DNA from: Fidelibacterota bacterium
Lineage (GTDB): Bacteria; Fidelibacterota; UBA8477; JABMPR01
Assembly: GCA_018650795.1 (NCBI GenBank)
Contig: JABIFG010000118.1
Location: 17,731-81,730 of the forward strand
Direction of reading: 5' to 3'
DNA: 64,000 nt
Shown: piece by piece, positions 40,655 to 51,288 of the stretch
Numbering within the stretch: the first letter of the stretch is position 1
Layout: every line of letters begins with the position of its first letter
Position numbers and translations under genes: made by a program
Notes under the pieces: generated by a model
What the model was told of the DNA's origin: nothing
The model's database searches: none
Seen by the model: the letters and a program-made list of their open reading frames with translations, nothing else

Positions 40655-42295
40655 ATGAAACGTCAATTACGCGATGAAATGAAAAAATCTCAATATGCAG
40701 GGACCTTAGCTAGTGAACATGGACTGGAAAATCATGGCTTAAAACATTTGAACGATGTTTTTTGGAATTTATCCACATCTGAACTCTATGAAGAGATTCT
40801 GGATCGTGAGGAAGGCAAGATTGCCCATAATGGTCCACTTCTGGTCTACACTGGTGAGCATACTGCCCGTGCCGCTCATGATAAATTTGTAGTCCGTGAA
40901 TCTTCTACCAAGCATGATATCTGGTGGGGTAAGCATAACAAACCTTATACAAAAAAGAAATTCGCCAATCTGTCTAACCGTCTCAAAGGTTACCTCCAGG
41001 GCAAGGATGTATTTGTTCAGGACTGCTATGTTGGAGCCGATGAAAATTATGGCATGCCCATCCGTGTGATCACTCAGTATGCCTGGCACAGTCTATTTGC
41101 CCGAAACATGTTTGTGGTGGAACGAGATGATGAAAAGCTGAAGGAACATGTTCCCGAATTCACATTGATATCTGCTCCTGATTTTAAAGCAGATCCAGAA
41201 TATGATGATCTACATAGTGAAACTTTTATTATTCTCAATTTTGAGGAGAGATTGGCCATTATTGGTGGTTCCAAGTATGGTGGTGAAATCAAAAAATCAT
41301 TCTTCACTATCATGAATTACCTCCTGCCCAAACGAGATGTGCTGACCATGCATTGTTCAGCTAATGTGGGTCAAACTGGGGATGTCGCTATTTTCTTTGG
41401 TTTATCAGGAACTGGAAAAACCACACTTTCTGCAGATGTGAATCGCGGACTCATTGGTGATGATGAACATGGCTGGAGCGATGACGGTGTCTTCAATTTT
41501 GAAGGTGGTTGCTATGCAAAAGTTATCAACCTCAACCCGGAGGCTGAACCACAAATTTATGCTGTGACCCAGATGTTTGGTACAATTCTCGAAAACGTGG
41601 TCTTTGAAGGTCGTTTTCGACATCTTGATCTTGATGATGACATGTATACTGAAAATACCCGTGCATCTTATCCACTTGAATTTATCAGCAACGCAGTCCC
41701 TGGTGCCAGGGGTGACAATCCCAAAAATATTTTCATGCTCACCTGTGATGTATCAGGCGTTTTACCTCCAATTTCCAGATTAAGCGCTGATCAGGCCATG
41801 TACCACTTCATTTCTGGTTACACATCAAAAGTGGGGGGTACAGAAATAGGTTTGGGAGCAGATCCCATTAGTACCTTTAGCGCCTGCTTTGGTGCACCCT
41901 TCATGGTGCATCATCCTTATGTATATGCTCAGCTGCTCAAGGATCGCATGTTGAAGCACAATGTGAATTGCTGGTTGATCAATACGGGATGGACAGGTGG
42001 ACCATTTGGGATTGGAAAACGGATCAGTATTCAACATACTCGGGCACTCTTAAATGCTGCTCTGGTGGGTGATCTGGATAAAGTTAAATTCAGACAAGAT
42101 CCAGTCTTCAGATTCGAAATTCCCGAGAGCTGTCCTGAGGTACCTTCAGAAATTCTGGACCCGATTTCAACCTGGGCCGATAAAGATGATTATGTCAGAC
42201 GTTATCGAAATCTGGCAGAAGAATTTGTCAAAAACTTTAAGCAATTCGAGGATGGGGTCACTTCCGAAGTGATTGCCGCAGGTCCAAAAATATAA
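40655..42295 (+). CDS. pckA: Phosphoenolpyruvate carboxykinase (ATP)
   Basis: Kinase-1a GLSGTGKTTLS, IGGSKYGGEIKK and NTGWTGG motifs. Start placed at ATG 40655 (MKRQL) rather than the upstream GTG of the tracked ORF. Confidence 0.9.
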   Translation: MKRQLRDEMKKSQYAGTLASEHGLENHGLKHLNDVFWNLSTSELYEEILDREEGKIAHNGPLLVYTGEHTARAAHDKFVVRESSTKHDIWWGKHNKPYTKKKFANLSNRLKGYLQGKDVFVQDCYVGADENYGMPIRVITQYAWHSLFARNMFVVERDDEKLKEHVPEFTLISAPDFKADPEYDDLHSETFIILNFEERLAIIGGSKYGGEIKKSFFTIMNYLLPKRDVLTMHCSANVGQTGDVAIFFGLSGTGKTTLSADVNRGLIGDDEHGWSDDGVFNFEGGCYAKVINLNPEAEPQIYAVTQMFGTILENVVFEGRFRHLDLDDDMYTENTRASYPLEFISNAVPGARGDNPKNIFMLTCDVSGVLPPISRLSADQAMYHFISGYTSKVGGTEIGLGADPISTFSACFGAPFMVHHPYVYAQLLKDRMLKHNVNCWLINTGWTGGPFGIGKRISIQHTRALLNAALVGDLDKVKFRQDPVFRFEIPESCPEVPSEILDPISTWADKDDYVRRYRNLAEEFVKNFKQFEDGVTSEVIAAGPKI

Positions 42296-42332
42296 TAATA
42301 TTTGTAATATTGAACTGAAATATTATCTGAGC

Positions 42333-43196
42333 TCAAGCCCTTGATGTAAATGGAAAAACGGGTGCTGAAAGTGGGAATGATCCCTTTACAAAGGTATTGT
42401 TTCCCAAAAGTACTCGGGTTTGAACACCCCTGATCCCCAGCTTGTCCGTGTGGAAGTGAAAATTAATCTGTTTATCTGTTTCTGAGCTTATGTAGGGATA
42501 TATCTCTTCAAATGTTGGGATGGTCCTGCCCAGGATATCATAAATATTCACCACTTCATCGTTTCTGTCAAAGAACACCAGACAATCCAGCTCAGGAATC
42601 TCATAGACTTTATTACGGAGCGTGTATAAAGCATGAAACATGAGTAATTTTGGACTGAAGATGCTGAACTTGTCAGAGATACGCACTCTACTTTCTGCAT
42701 ATCCATAAATCTTATCCAAATCCTGTTGATCAGAAGGATTGAGCCTAACTAGCCCACTTTTTATCGGTACCCCATTGATTTGACAAAATTCCTGGCTTTC
42801 ATCCAGGGCAGAAAATCCACAACGGAGATAGTAGGGTATAGCCTCCTCGTCCGCGAAGAGGAAGACACCCTCATGCTGATCCCTGAATCGTTCCAGCCCC
42901 AGAACCGTCAATTTTCTACTCAAACCTTGTCTGCGCCAATCCAGATGTGTTCCAACACCGGATATTTGCACAAGCTTAGTTGTTCGACCCCCTATGGTGG
43001 CGTCAAGCAAATAAATGCAGACACTGGCGATGACTTGACCGTCTCTGAAATAGGAAAAAGGGGTGTAGGCTTTGTCCCAATAACCTCGCGCTTCCCATTC
43101 TGTGAAATCAAGACCATGAATATCAAGGATAAATGTCTTGAAGGCCTTCCTGGCGTCAAGATCTTCCCAGTATTCAGTTTTTAATTCAATATCCAT
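42333..43196 (-). CDS. GNAT-fold acetyltransferase-like protein with a C-terminal extension
   Basis: QISGVGTHLDWRRQGLSRKL resembles the GNAT acetyl-CoA-binding Q/RxxGxG/A motif; the remainder is unassigned. Confidence 0.4.
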   Translation of the reverse strand: MDIELKTEYWEDLDARKAFKTFILDIHGLDFTEWEARGYWDKAYTPFSYFRDGQVIASVCIYLLDATIGGRTTKLVQISGVGTHLDWRRQGLSRKLTVLGLERFRDQHEGVFLFADEEAIPYYLRCGFSALDESQEFCQINGVPIKSGLVRLNPSDQQDLDKIYGYAESRVRISDKFSIFSPKLLMFHALYTLRNKVYEIPELDCLVFFDRNDEVVNIYDILGRTIPTFEEIYPYISSETDKQINFHFHTDKLGIRGVQTRVLLGNNTFVKGSFPLSAPVFPFTSRA

Positions 43197-43202
43197 AGAA
43201 GG

Positions 43203-43571
43203 TTAGCGTGAGAATAGCCATAAAATACGATCGTATGAAAGCGCGTAGTGCAGAATCACGCCACTTCCCATGATCCACCATAATTTTGTATACCCCAGGT
43301 AAAAGAGTATCAGACAGGCCAGTCCGAAAAATGAGAGTTCCAGTACAAATCGTAACACACCAGCAATAACAATCGGTGCATTCCCAGATCGACTTGGGTC
43401 TTCCGGGACGTTGAAAATGCCCCAGGTTGCAGCAAAAATAAGGGGGACAATCAGAACAAGTACATAACGCCAGGTTGTATCTGAAAGCTTCCAACCCCAC
43501 AGACCAAAGGCTATCAGGGCTGATACCTCCAGGAAAAATCTAAATGCTAAATTTAAGGGGTGAGATCCCAT
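43203..43571 (-). CDS. Small four-TM membrane protein (DUF2568/YrdB-like)
   Basis: 122 aa, four hydrophobic helices, no other motif. Confidence 0.35.
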   Translation of the reverse strand: MGSHPLNLAFRFFLEVSALIAFGLWGWKLSDTTWRYVLVLIVPLIFAATWGIFNVPEDPSRSGNAPIVIAGVLRFVLELSFFGLACLILFYLGYTKLWWIMGSGVILHYALSYDRILWLFSR

Positions 43572-43591
43572 CTGCAGGTGGCCTTCGAAGA

Positions 43592-46500
43592 CTACTTGGA
43601 GTCAAGAAATTTCAGAACTGAAGCCATGACCTTGTCCCTATTGGTTTTCGAGAGAATACTCTCAAAAGGGAATCCAAATACTACGATATTGGTTTCTCCA
43701 GTTGCGGCAATGGCTGCACTGGTGTTATTCTCAGCATAACGTAATATGGTATGTGCCTCTGGAGTTGCTGGTTCAATTGCATCAGGAGATTCCACCTTAT
43801 AGAGTGAGGGATGGTAACGAGTGTTGAACTCCAGGTCCTGAACAGTTTCCATCTGGAATATATCTTGGGTAACTACACTAAGTTTCCCCGTCTTGACGGC
43901 ATGATCAGTCCGAAATTTATACTTGAGGATATCCTCGCCAAATTGCATATCAAGGGAGTCATTCTCATTGTCAAATAGATCAAATCCAACATAGGCACCG
44001 CTGAGAAACAGGTTCCCTCCAGATTGGGTATAAGCACTGATTTTCTCCTGAAATGATTTTGGAAAACCCCGGAAATCCCTTGGGCTGAAATCCTTTGGAC
44101 CGGAAACCTCTTTTTCCTCACCAAATATCAAATCCAACAAAGTATATTTGTTTATATCCAGTTGCCCGCTCCAGATAGCCTCATCACTTGATGAAACAAA
44201 AGAATAGCCGGCCTCACGTAATGACTTTCCATGAAAATGGGGAAAATCAAAGCTGTTTCCAGGTATGAGGGTGGTTTCCATATCCCCGTAACTCGCACCA
44301 TGTCCTGGTTCATCATCATCTAGCCAGGGTGAAGCGGCCAGGAGATCATATTGGGAGCCGATATAGTTTATATCAAAGCCATCAGCGACACCTTCATCCC
44401 AGAGATCAACAAAGCCGAGATATTTGTCAGTTTCAATGGTACTGGCTGCAGAAATACGATCAAAAGCATTCACAATCAGCACAGGTGCTTTGTCTCCGCC
44501 CATATTACATACCGAAAGAATCTCGGAGGGAAAACTTTCACCCCCAGCATTGAGGGCAGTCACTTTGTAACTGTAAATGATGCCTTCTTCCAGGTTAGTG
44601 ATATCTAGATGGGGAGCATCTACGACGATACCATTGTCGAATCCTTCATCTTCAACCCTTGTGTATACCATATACTTTTCAGGGGTGGCTGTACTCTCCA
44701 ATGGATCTTCCACCGCTTGCCACTGAAGATTCAGTTCACCGGTTTCCGCAAAGGTCGCCTGAAAATGTGATACAGGCAGGGGTTGGATTACATACTCAAG
44801 ATTCCACTGGGTGGAAATGTATCTGACCATGGCTTTATAGATAGATCGACTTGCATCAAATTTGAATCGTGGATCATTGGCGAATTTCATATCCAAAAAG
44901 TTGTGATGGGAGAGGAGCTCCAGCAATACTGAGGGTACGTTGGGTCTATAAGCCTCACTATATCCCCGATCCCAGAGCATTCTACGGGTCCAGGTTGGAT
45001 CATATTTGGCGCGTATGTCATTCACAATCTGAGTTTGGAGAATATCAGCCAGATCCCGATTGGTCATGCGTGACATCGAATCTGGAAAAATTTCGGTCTC
45101 CTCAGAGTCCTCGGTACTATATATAGAAAGCGTGCCGACAACCGTATCATTGCGTGTAAATCCAGCATCTGTATGAAAGGCAAAGGAAAGATCTATGGGA
45201 ATTTTTAATCCGGGAGCCTGACGGTCAAGATTGGGTCCAAAGGGAGCTCCCCGGAGATAATTGACCCACTCAGCCCGGCATTGATAATCATCTTTATAAT
45301 CACTTTCATCTGCATTCAAATTATAAACCAGGGTATCCGGCATTCCAGCATATTGAAGATAGTAACGCGCTGCCTCTGTAAATCGGGGTCGTCCACTGAC
45401 CTGACCTTCTCGAGCAATATTACCAATTCCACCACCAAATCGAATCGCATCAGCGCTAACATATCGCCCCGATTCAGTACTCTTATTGGTTAATTCTACC
45501 CGATGGATATCTGCATTTAGTGCCTGATTGAAGTCAAAGGTGCCCAGATAGATCCAGGTTTTACCACCGATCTGCTGATTTACTAAAAATTCAGTTTGTC
45601 CACCAGTATGGAATACGGTGTAATGAGCATCCGTCACATTGCTATCAGCAGCACTATAGGTGATATAGACAGCATATTTGCCTGCTTCTGGAAGACTGGG
45701 TATCCATCTTATTTTGGCACTGCCGCTAGTGTCTGCCTTGATGTTTCGAGACGTTCCCATAAAAAAGGGATTATCTCCAGAGGCATATGGAGGGGTTCCA
45801 ATGGCGAATCCAGACTCAGCTGATGTTTCCCATTTGTGTAATTTGGAATCATACTCCTGGTAGCCTTGCTTTACATCAGGAGTATTGTTATCAATGATCA
45901 CTTCGTTAGTCTGTAGATCACGCTCCCGAGGCATAAAGACTTGAGCACCAGCATTTTCCAACATGGGAACCAAATAATTGAGAGTAAAGGACATGGGCAG
46001 GAGGTCTTCAACAGTTTGAAAAACTCGAGCTCTTTGCCATTCCCAGCGCTGGAGCTTTTGCTCATAATACCAACCGTGGCTATGCCACAAGGCTATATTG
46101 CGGTTATAGAGGCCGGCAGATGGTTGCCATTTATGGCTCAGGTTACGAACCAGGGGGAGGGATCTGATCTCGGGAGCAGGCATACGACTTTGGTCATAGC
46201 TGCGTTTACTGCCACGGAAATAGTTAGGAACGAGAGCTTCAATTTCATGATCAACAGAGTAAATCTTTAAATTGTAATCTTTGAATTTTCTACCCAGAGA
46301 TGCTTTCAGACTTAAATGGATGTCTTTGACCAGCTTTTCACGGACGGGGATGTTGGCAAAATTCCGACTAAAATGAACCTCAATTTGCTTTGAGTCAGAA
46401 TTTATAATGATTGTGTCAATTCTGGTGTATTTATCCAGCCTCAGATGCGAATCCTCTTTTGTACTGGAGTCAAGAAACTGTTCCACACTCTGGTGAGCTT

Positions 46501-46633
46501 TCCTAGTCACACGATCCATATTTGAATAATCATAACGGGTTTTTCCAGGCTTACTGGATGTGCAGGTAATTAGAAATGATACAAACAGTAGCGTGAGAAA
46601 CTTTTGTGAAATAGACATAATTGAGCGCTCCAT
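43592..46633 (-). CDS. Large lipoprotein with a split MurNAc-L-Ala amidase-like (Amidase_3-like) fold, an FN3 domain and a C-terminal class-I glutamine-amidotransferase-like domain
   Basis: Lipobox FLITC. LENAGAQVFMPRERD, AFHTDAG and VLLELLSHHN mirror the G..V.LTR.D / H.DA / LVE.GF.SN motifs of Amidase_3. YTRVEDEGFDNG...YSYKVTALNAGGES has an FN3 pattern. The C-terminus is ThuA/GATase1-like (VVFGFPFESI). All assignments are motif-level only. Confidence 0.45.
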   Translation of the reverse strand: MERSIMSISQKFLTLLFVSFLITCTSSKPGKTRYDYSNMDRVTRKAHQSVEQFLDSSTKEDSHLRLDKYTRIDTIIINSDSKQIEVHFSRNFANIPVREKLVKDIHLSLKASLGRKFKDYNLKIYSVDHEIEALVPNYFRGSKRSYDQSRMPAPEIRSLPLVRNLSHKWQPSAGLYNRNIALWHSHGWYYEQKLQRWEWQRARVFQTVEDLLPMSFTLNYLVPMLENAGAQVFMPRERDLQTNEVIIDNNTPDVKQGYQEYDSKLHKWETSAESGFAIGTPPYASGDNPFFMGTSRNIKADTSGSAKIRWIPSLPEAGKYAVYITYSAADSNVTDAHYTVFHTGGQTEFLVNQQIGGKTWIYLGTFDFNQALNADIHRVELTNKSTESGRYVSADAIRFGGGIGNIAREGQVSGRPRFTEAARYYLQYAGMPDTLVYNLNADESDYKDDYQCRAEWVNYLRGAPFGPNLDRQAPGLKIPIDLSFAFHTDAGFTRNDTVVGTLSIYSTEDSEETEIFPDSMSRMTNRDLADILQTQIVNDIRAKYDPTWTRRMLWDRGYSEAYRPNVPSVLLELLSHHNFLDMKFANDPRFKFDASRSIYKAMVRYISTQWNLEYVIQPLPVSHFQATFAETGELNLQWQAVEDPLESTATPEKYMVYTRVEDEGFDNGIVVDAPHLDITNLEEGIIYSYKVTALNAGGESFPSEILSVCNMGGDKAPVLIVNAFDRISAASTIETDKYLGFVDLWDEGVADGFDINYIGSQYDLLAASPWLDDDEPGHGASYGDMETTLIPGNSFDFPHFHGKSLREAGYSFVSSSDEAIWSGQLDINKYTLLDLIFGEEKEVSGPKDFSPRDFRGFPKSFQEKISAYTQSGGNLFLSGAYVGFDLFDNENDSLDMQFGEDILKYKFRTDHAVKTGKLSVVTQDIFQMETVQDLEFNTRYHPSLYKVESPDAIEPATPEAHTILRYAENNTSAAIAATGETNIVVFGFPFESILSKTNRDKVMASVLKFLDSK

Positions 46634-46680
46634 TTAGTGCAGGGATAACATAAAAAATATGCTGAGCTTAACAATGAGTC

Positions 46681-47418
46681 TTAGTTAGAGGCGGCTCTAG
46701 AAAATAATACATACCCCAATGTGACACCCAAACGATATCCTGACCAATCTGGACTGACTTGCTTATTGTTGACACGCAGAATCGCATCTGAATTATCCTT
46801 TAAGTGGAATGGTTTTGAAAAAGTCAAATGATAGCCACCATCAATGGATATTGATAATCTCTGTACCTTGTATGCAAGTGATATCATTGGGTCGAGACCA
46901 AGGCCCATTGCCACTAACTCATTTTGAGTTACTTCACTTTCATCAAGAAGAATGATCTCATCCAGCATGTCGAGGGTGCTCCACAGAAAGCTTATAGGCA
47001 TGTTGAAGGTAGAGCTAAAACATTTGGAGGCCATTATTGTCCAGGTATTGGAAAGTCCAAATCCATTACAGGTAAGAATCTGATCCGAGCTAATCTCTCC
47101 AGAATAATCTGCGTAGTGAATACGGCCACCGGTCTCCATATGCATCCAGGAAAGCCCCCCTGTGTATCCTTGACTGAATCTGTGGAGGACTTCAACCCTT
47201 GAAAAATAGAAATCTGGGAAATTAGAAGTGATTTTAACAGGGACAGACATGCCTTTCAACTCTGCAATCACCTCTGTTTGTAGATTGTGCAAACCGGGCA
47301 TGTTATAATGACCCTGACCCCCTTGGATACGGAATTCAAGATTTGCAGAATGGGCGCTGGACATTAAGCAGAAGCAGCAAAACAGAATATTTCTCAGGAC
47401 ATTCCTATGATCAATCAT
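46681..47418 (-). CDS. Hypothetical secreted protein (possible outer-membrane beta-barrel)
   Basis: Signal peptide ILFCCFCLMSSAHSA. Alternating beta pattern. No motif recognised. Confidence 0.35.
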   Translation of the reverse strand: MIDHRNVLRNILFCCFCLMSSAHSANLEFRIQGGQGHYNMPGLHNLQTEVIAELKGMSVPVKITSNFPDFYFSRVEVLHRFSQGYTGGLSWMHMETGGRIHYADYSGEISSDQILTCNGFGLSNTWTIMASKCFSSTFNMPISFLWSTLDMLDEIILLDESEVTQNELVAMGLGLDPMISLAYKVQRLSISIDGGYHLTFSKPFHLKDNSDAILRVNNKQVSPDWSGYRLGVTLGYVLFSRAASN

Positions 47419-49315
47419 TTAAAGCCTCAATGGGCAGTACATATCCCGATGTGAATATTTTATCGTCCCAGAGTTTATAGGCACCTGAACTAATAGAAAT
47501 ATCGTGAATGGCTATTCCCGATATGGGATCATATATCATATATCGATCGCTACTCAGGAATTTGCCACCAACATAGCCTGTGGTGGGATCATAATTAGGT
47601 CTTCGAAGTTTTTCAGATGTTAGAACCTGATTTACAATGCCCATATCGGCGGCACTATAAACGGTCATTGTCTGGTCATCTGCTACAATAAATTGATTGC
47701 CATCGCCAACAAAAATACTCTCGATCCACTGACCTAAATCTGCTCGCCCTGCTAGATGATTAGAGCTCACAACATAGAGCGAGTCATAGGCAATTAAATA
47801 TTGACCATTTGCAGATATTTTGGCAGAAGTTGAATAAGCATAATTTGGATTAATTACTTGAATGGGGTCATTCATTTGGATGACCACAACGCCCATACCC
47901 CAATTCACATTGTCACTATCTCGGTAGCTCGGAAAGGTAATCCAGTTGTTATTTGAGACGGAGATATCATCCATTGCCCGACCATTATATCCCAGGAGTG
48001 AGCTGGTGGTCCAGGTTTGCAGAATGCTCAAGGATAGGGGGTCCACGCTTTGGAGATAACCGACATCATTCGAATAACTCATTATGTAGGCCAATTGTCC
48101 GTCTGGAGAGATCCCAAATTGGCGATAACTGGCTTCTGACATTATGTTAAGTGAATCTAAAATTGAATAGGACTCAGCATCGTGACGATAAAGTGTCTGG
48201 CCATAGAGTCGGTAAAACGATAATTGGCTCTCACTGAATTGTAAGCTTCCGGGATGGGGGAAGGTCTCACCCAGAAAGGCGTCAATATTGCTATGCAAGT
48301 TATCCGACCAGATCGAATTGTTTTTCAGGCCAACTTCCAGAATGTACTCAATCGGGTCTCCAAACCAGGCATCGATATCAAGATAGCTTGTATCATTAAT
48401 GTTATCAGTAGTATAGATGGAATTATCATCCACCTGGATGCTATAATGAGCAAAATTTTGTGGATAATGACAAGGGGACCATTGCAAGTGTATTTCGTTA
48501 TAGTTTGTGTCGTTGGAAAGATAAAAAGTGGGTGCCGACTCTTCATAGAACATGAATTCACCTAGAGCTGATCCCAGTTCAGAAATAATATTCACTCGAT
48601 AATAGGCTGGTCCGCCCAGGTATGTCGTGTCCACTATACTCGTTTGATTGATATCAAATGTAGAAGTAAGATGGCGTTCATCAATAAACCCACCAGAAGT
48701 AGGGTGGCCTTTGTCAATATTGTATCTGACAAACCCATTTCTATTAAATTTTTCCCAGTTGATAACCATATCACCAGATTCAGTCGAAATGTTAAGCATA
48801 GCCAATGAGATGGGGGGTCGATTATCAATGATAAGCGTGTATTCACGTTCAAACATGAGATATTCCAGACCGGCAATATCTGCCAGACTATTTGAACCTG
48901 AGCTTGAAAAGCCTTTAATGATTAAACTAAGTGTATCTGAAACGTAATTATTTGTATAGAATGAATAGGAGCCGGTAGGTTGACTAAAACTATAAATTGT
49001 CACATTCTCTAGCAGAAGTTCTCCTTCATAAAAATTTCGCCCCAAAAGGTCGAGATTATAGGCAAGAGTGGCCTGGCCCCAAACGGTAATGGTGTCTGGG
49101 GATCCATTCAAGTCAATATAAAGAACGGGTTCGGGTATCGTTTTGTCCTGAAAATTGCTTCCTGTCGGAGAGTATTTACACTGGATGAGTAAAAAACTGA
49201 TGACAATCAGGACAAAAATAGGTTGAAGAATTCTTGAATTCATTTGCTGGAGAGTGACTTTGACATTGGGAAAGCGAGAGGATTTCGCTGTTTTTTCACA
49301 CAAAATATTTTTCAA
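47411..49315 (-). CDS. Hypothetical Asn/Ser/Tyr-rich lipoprotein with Ig/FN3-like and beta-propeller-like segments
   Basis: Likely lipobox LLIQC after an internal Met. AT-rich. No recognisable catalytic motif. Confidence 0.4.
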   Translation of the reverse strand: MKNILCEKTAKSSRFPNVKVTLQQMNSRILQPIFVLIVISFLLIQCKYSPTGSNFQDKTIPEPVLYIDLNGSPDTITVWGQATLAYNLDLLGRNFYEGELLLENVTIYSFSQPTGSYSFYTNNYVSDTLSLIIKGFSSSGSNSLADIAGLEYLMFEREYTLIIDNRPPISLAMLNISTESGDMVINWEKFNRNGFVRYNIDKGHPTSGGFIDERHLTSTFDINQTSIVDTTYLGGPAYYRVNIISELGSALGEFMFYEESAPTFYLSNDTNYNEIHLQWSPCHYPQNFAHYSIQVDDNSIYTTDNINDTSYLDIDAWFGDPIEYILEVGLKNNSIWSDNLHSNIDAFLGETFPHPGSLQFSESQLSFYRLYGQTLYRHDAESYSILDSLNIMSEASYRQFGISPDGQLAYIMSYSNDVGYLQSVDPLSLSILQTWTTSSLLGYNGRAMDDISVSNNNWITFPSYRDSDNVNWGMGVVVIQMNDPIQVINPNYAYSTSAKISANGQYLIAYDSLYVVSSNHLAGRADLGQWIESIFVGDGNQFIVADDQTMTVYSAADMGIVNQVLTSEKLRRPNYDPTTGYVGGKFLSSDRYMIYDPISGIAIHDISISSGAYKLWDDKIFTSGYVLPIEALND

Positions 49316-49434
49316 TAATTAAACAAATCCCCACTTTAAAAATAATTGTTACTTGTGTTAGATAATATTGTATAGAATTCCGATATTCAAAGAATTAGAA
49401 TAGAAACCAGGGAATTTTGTACATGACAACCTTC

Positions 49435-50151
49435 TTAGCCGCTTTTAATCCGAAATAAAATGGTCTGGCCAAAAGAAATTAAGGCAGCCATGAGTAAGCG
49501 AAACTTTTTGATTGAAACCTCCCCGGTTTGTCTTTCTTGATGGGGGATTAATGTTTCATAAATGCTACATTTTTTCAAATTTACCATACCTGAGATGATC
49601 AGGTTTGGCGCGAAGGTATCTGAGGGAATATTTAACAAAAATTTACTCACTGCAGAAACTCGCATCAACCTGAAAGGGGAGTTTACATCCCAAACGCCCC
49701 TAGCATAAAATAGTCGAATCACTGATCTTGAAATGAAGCTCACTACCCTGCGAGATAAGGCTTGAGACCGTTGGGACCTGCGCCCCAATAAAAAATCATA
49801 CTCCCCCCGATTTGCCCATAACTCGTTGAAATGTTTAGCTGACATCTCGCCATCAGAATCTGTTTGGAAAATCCAAGTGCTATGGAGGGCTTGGGTGTAT
49901 CCTTTAAGCAAGGTAGGTCCATGGCCACAATTTGGTGAGGCATGAATTTCCAACGATTTCATGTCCCTTGCTAATACATTCAGGATTTCAAGGGAATTGT
50001 CCGTAGAACCATCATTGTAAGCATGGATTCGATAGTTAAGACCGAGTTCCCCAAGAGTAGCGTCCCACTCCTTAAGCACCTCGGAGATAATTTCAGCCTC
50101 GTTGTACACGGGGACAATCAGAGCGAGTGTTTCAGCTTGGTTTTCCGTCAT
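49435..50151 (-). CDS. GT2 glycosyltransferase, polyprenyl-phosphate sugar synthase type (DPM1/GtrB-like, soluble)
   Basis: LIVPVYNEAEII, YNDGSTDNS and the DxD (TDSDGE) region. 238 aa without a C-terminal TM, like DPM1. Confidence 0.7.
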   Translation of the reverse strand: MTENQAETLALIVPVYNEAEIISEVLKEWDATLGELGLNYRIHAYNDGSTDNSLEILNVLARDMKSLEIHASPNCGHGPTLLKGYTQALHSTWIFQTDSDGEMSAKHFNELWANRGEYDFLLGRRSQRSQALSRRVVSFISRSVIRLFYARGVWDVNSPFRLMRVSAVSKFLLNIPSDTFAPNLIISGMVNLKKCSIYETLIPHQERQTGEVSIKKFRLLMAALISFGQTILFRIKSG

Positions 50152-51287
50152 TTGGTTTGGCTACTGATTTTATCGTATGTACTGAGAGCGGCCGCGATGG
50201 TCTGATCCATATCATAATATTTGTAATCTCCCAAACGACCACCAACGCAAAGATTCTCATGTTGAATGAGTTCTGCCTGGTACTTCTCAAGCAATGCTTT
50301 GTTTTGTGCTCCACCCAGCGGATAGGAAGGGTCATCTCCCTTGTCAGCGTGCGAAAACTCCTTAATTGTCAAGGTCTGACTATCAGGGTACACTTTCTCG
50401 GGGTGCAGATGCCGTGGTTCATGAATCCTGGTATAGGGAATCTGTTCTTCGGCATAATTCATCACAGAAGTTCCCTGGAAATCGCTTACCTCTCTGATTT
50501 TCTCCTCAAATGACAATCCACGCCATTCCAATCGTCCATATTTATATCCAAATAGCTTATCGATGGGACCGCTATAGATGATCTTTGCATCCTCGGCCAG
50601 TTCATCCCTGATTTCAAAAAAGTCAGTTTTCAGTTCAACCTGGATTCTGGGATTGGCCAGGAGCTTGTCAAATATTGGGGAGTAACCATGGATTGGAATA
50701 CCCTGCCAGGAGTCGAAAAAGTAGCTTTCATCATAATTGGTCCTAAACGGCAGGCGTTTTAGAATGGAGGCAGGGAGCTGTTTAGGGTCACAGCCCCATT
50801 GTTTGGCTGTATATCCCTTAATGAAGGCCTCATAAAGAGGATAGCCCATCATACTGATAGCTTTTTCTTCAAAATTGGAGGGCTGGTCAATACCCGATTT
50901 ATGTGCTTCCGTCTCAATAAAAGCAGTGACCTCAAAGGGTTTCAGGTTTAATCCGTAAAAGCTATTAATGGTTTCCAGATTGATGGGCATCTGGTAAACC
51001 TTATTCTTAAAGGTGGTGAGAACCTGATGACGATAGCCATTGAATTCAGTAAACCTATTGATGTATTTCCAGACCTCTGTATCACTAGTGTGGAATATAT
51101 GGGTGCCATAAAGATGATAGTGTATACCAGTTTCCGAATGGTCAACAGAATGGCAGTTTCCACCAGTATGATCTCGTTTTTCTATCACCAGGACGGGTTC
51201 ACCAAGATCATTTGCAATACGCTCAGCTATGACAGCACCAAAAATTCCGCTACCTACTATGACATATTTATAAGTTTGTGGGCTCAT
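50148..51287 (-). CDS. glf: UDP-galactopyranose mutase
   Basis: YKYVIVGSGIFGAV FAD motif and GGNCHS, with Glf-typical length and internal conserved Tyr/Arg region. Confidence 0.85.
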   Translation of the reverse strand: MSPQTYKYVIVGSGIFGAVIAERIANDLGEPVLVIEKRDHTGGNCHSVDHSETGIHYHLYGTHIFHTSDTEVWKYINRFTEFNGYRHQVLTTFKNKVYQMPINLETINSFYGLNLKPFEVTAFIETEAHKSGIDQPSNFEEKAISMMGYPLYEAFIKGYTAKQWGCDPKQLPASILKRLPFRTNYDESYFFDSWQGIPIHGYSPIFDKLLANPRIQVELKTDFFEIRDELAEDAKIIYSGPIDKLFGYKYGRLEWRGLSFEEKIREVSDFQGTSVMNYAEEQIPYTRIHEPRHLHPEKVYPDSQTLTIKEFSHADKGDDPSYPLGGAQNKALLEKYQAELIQHENLCVGGRLGDYKYYDMDQTIAAALSTYDKISSQTK

Positions 51288-51288
51288 A

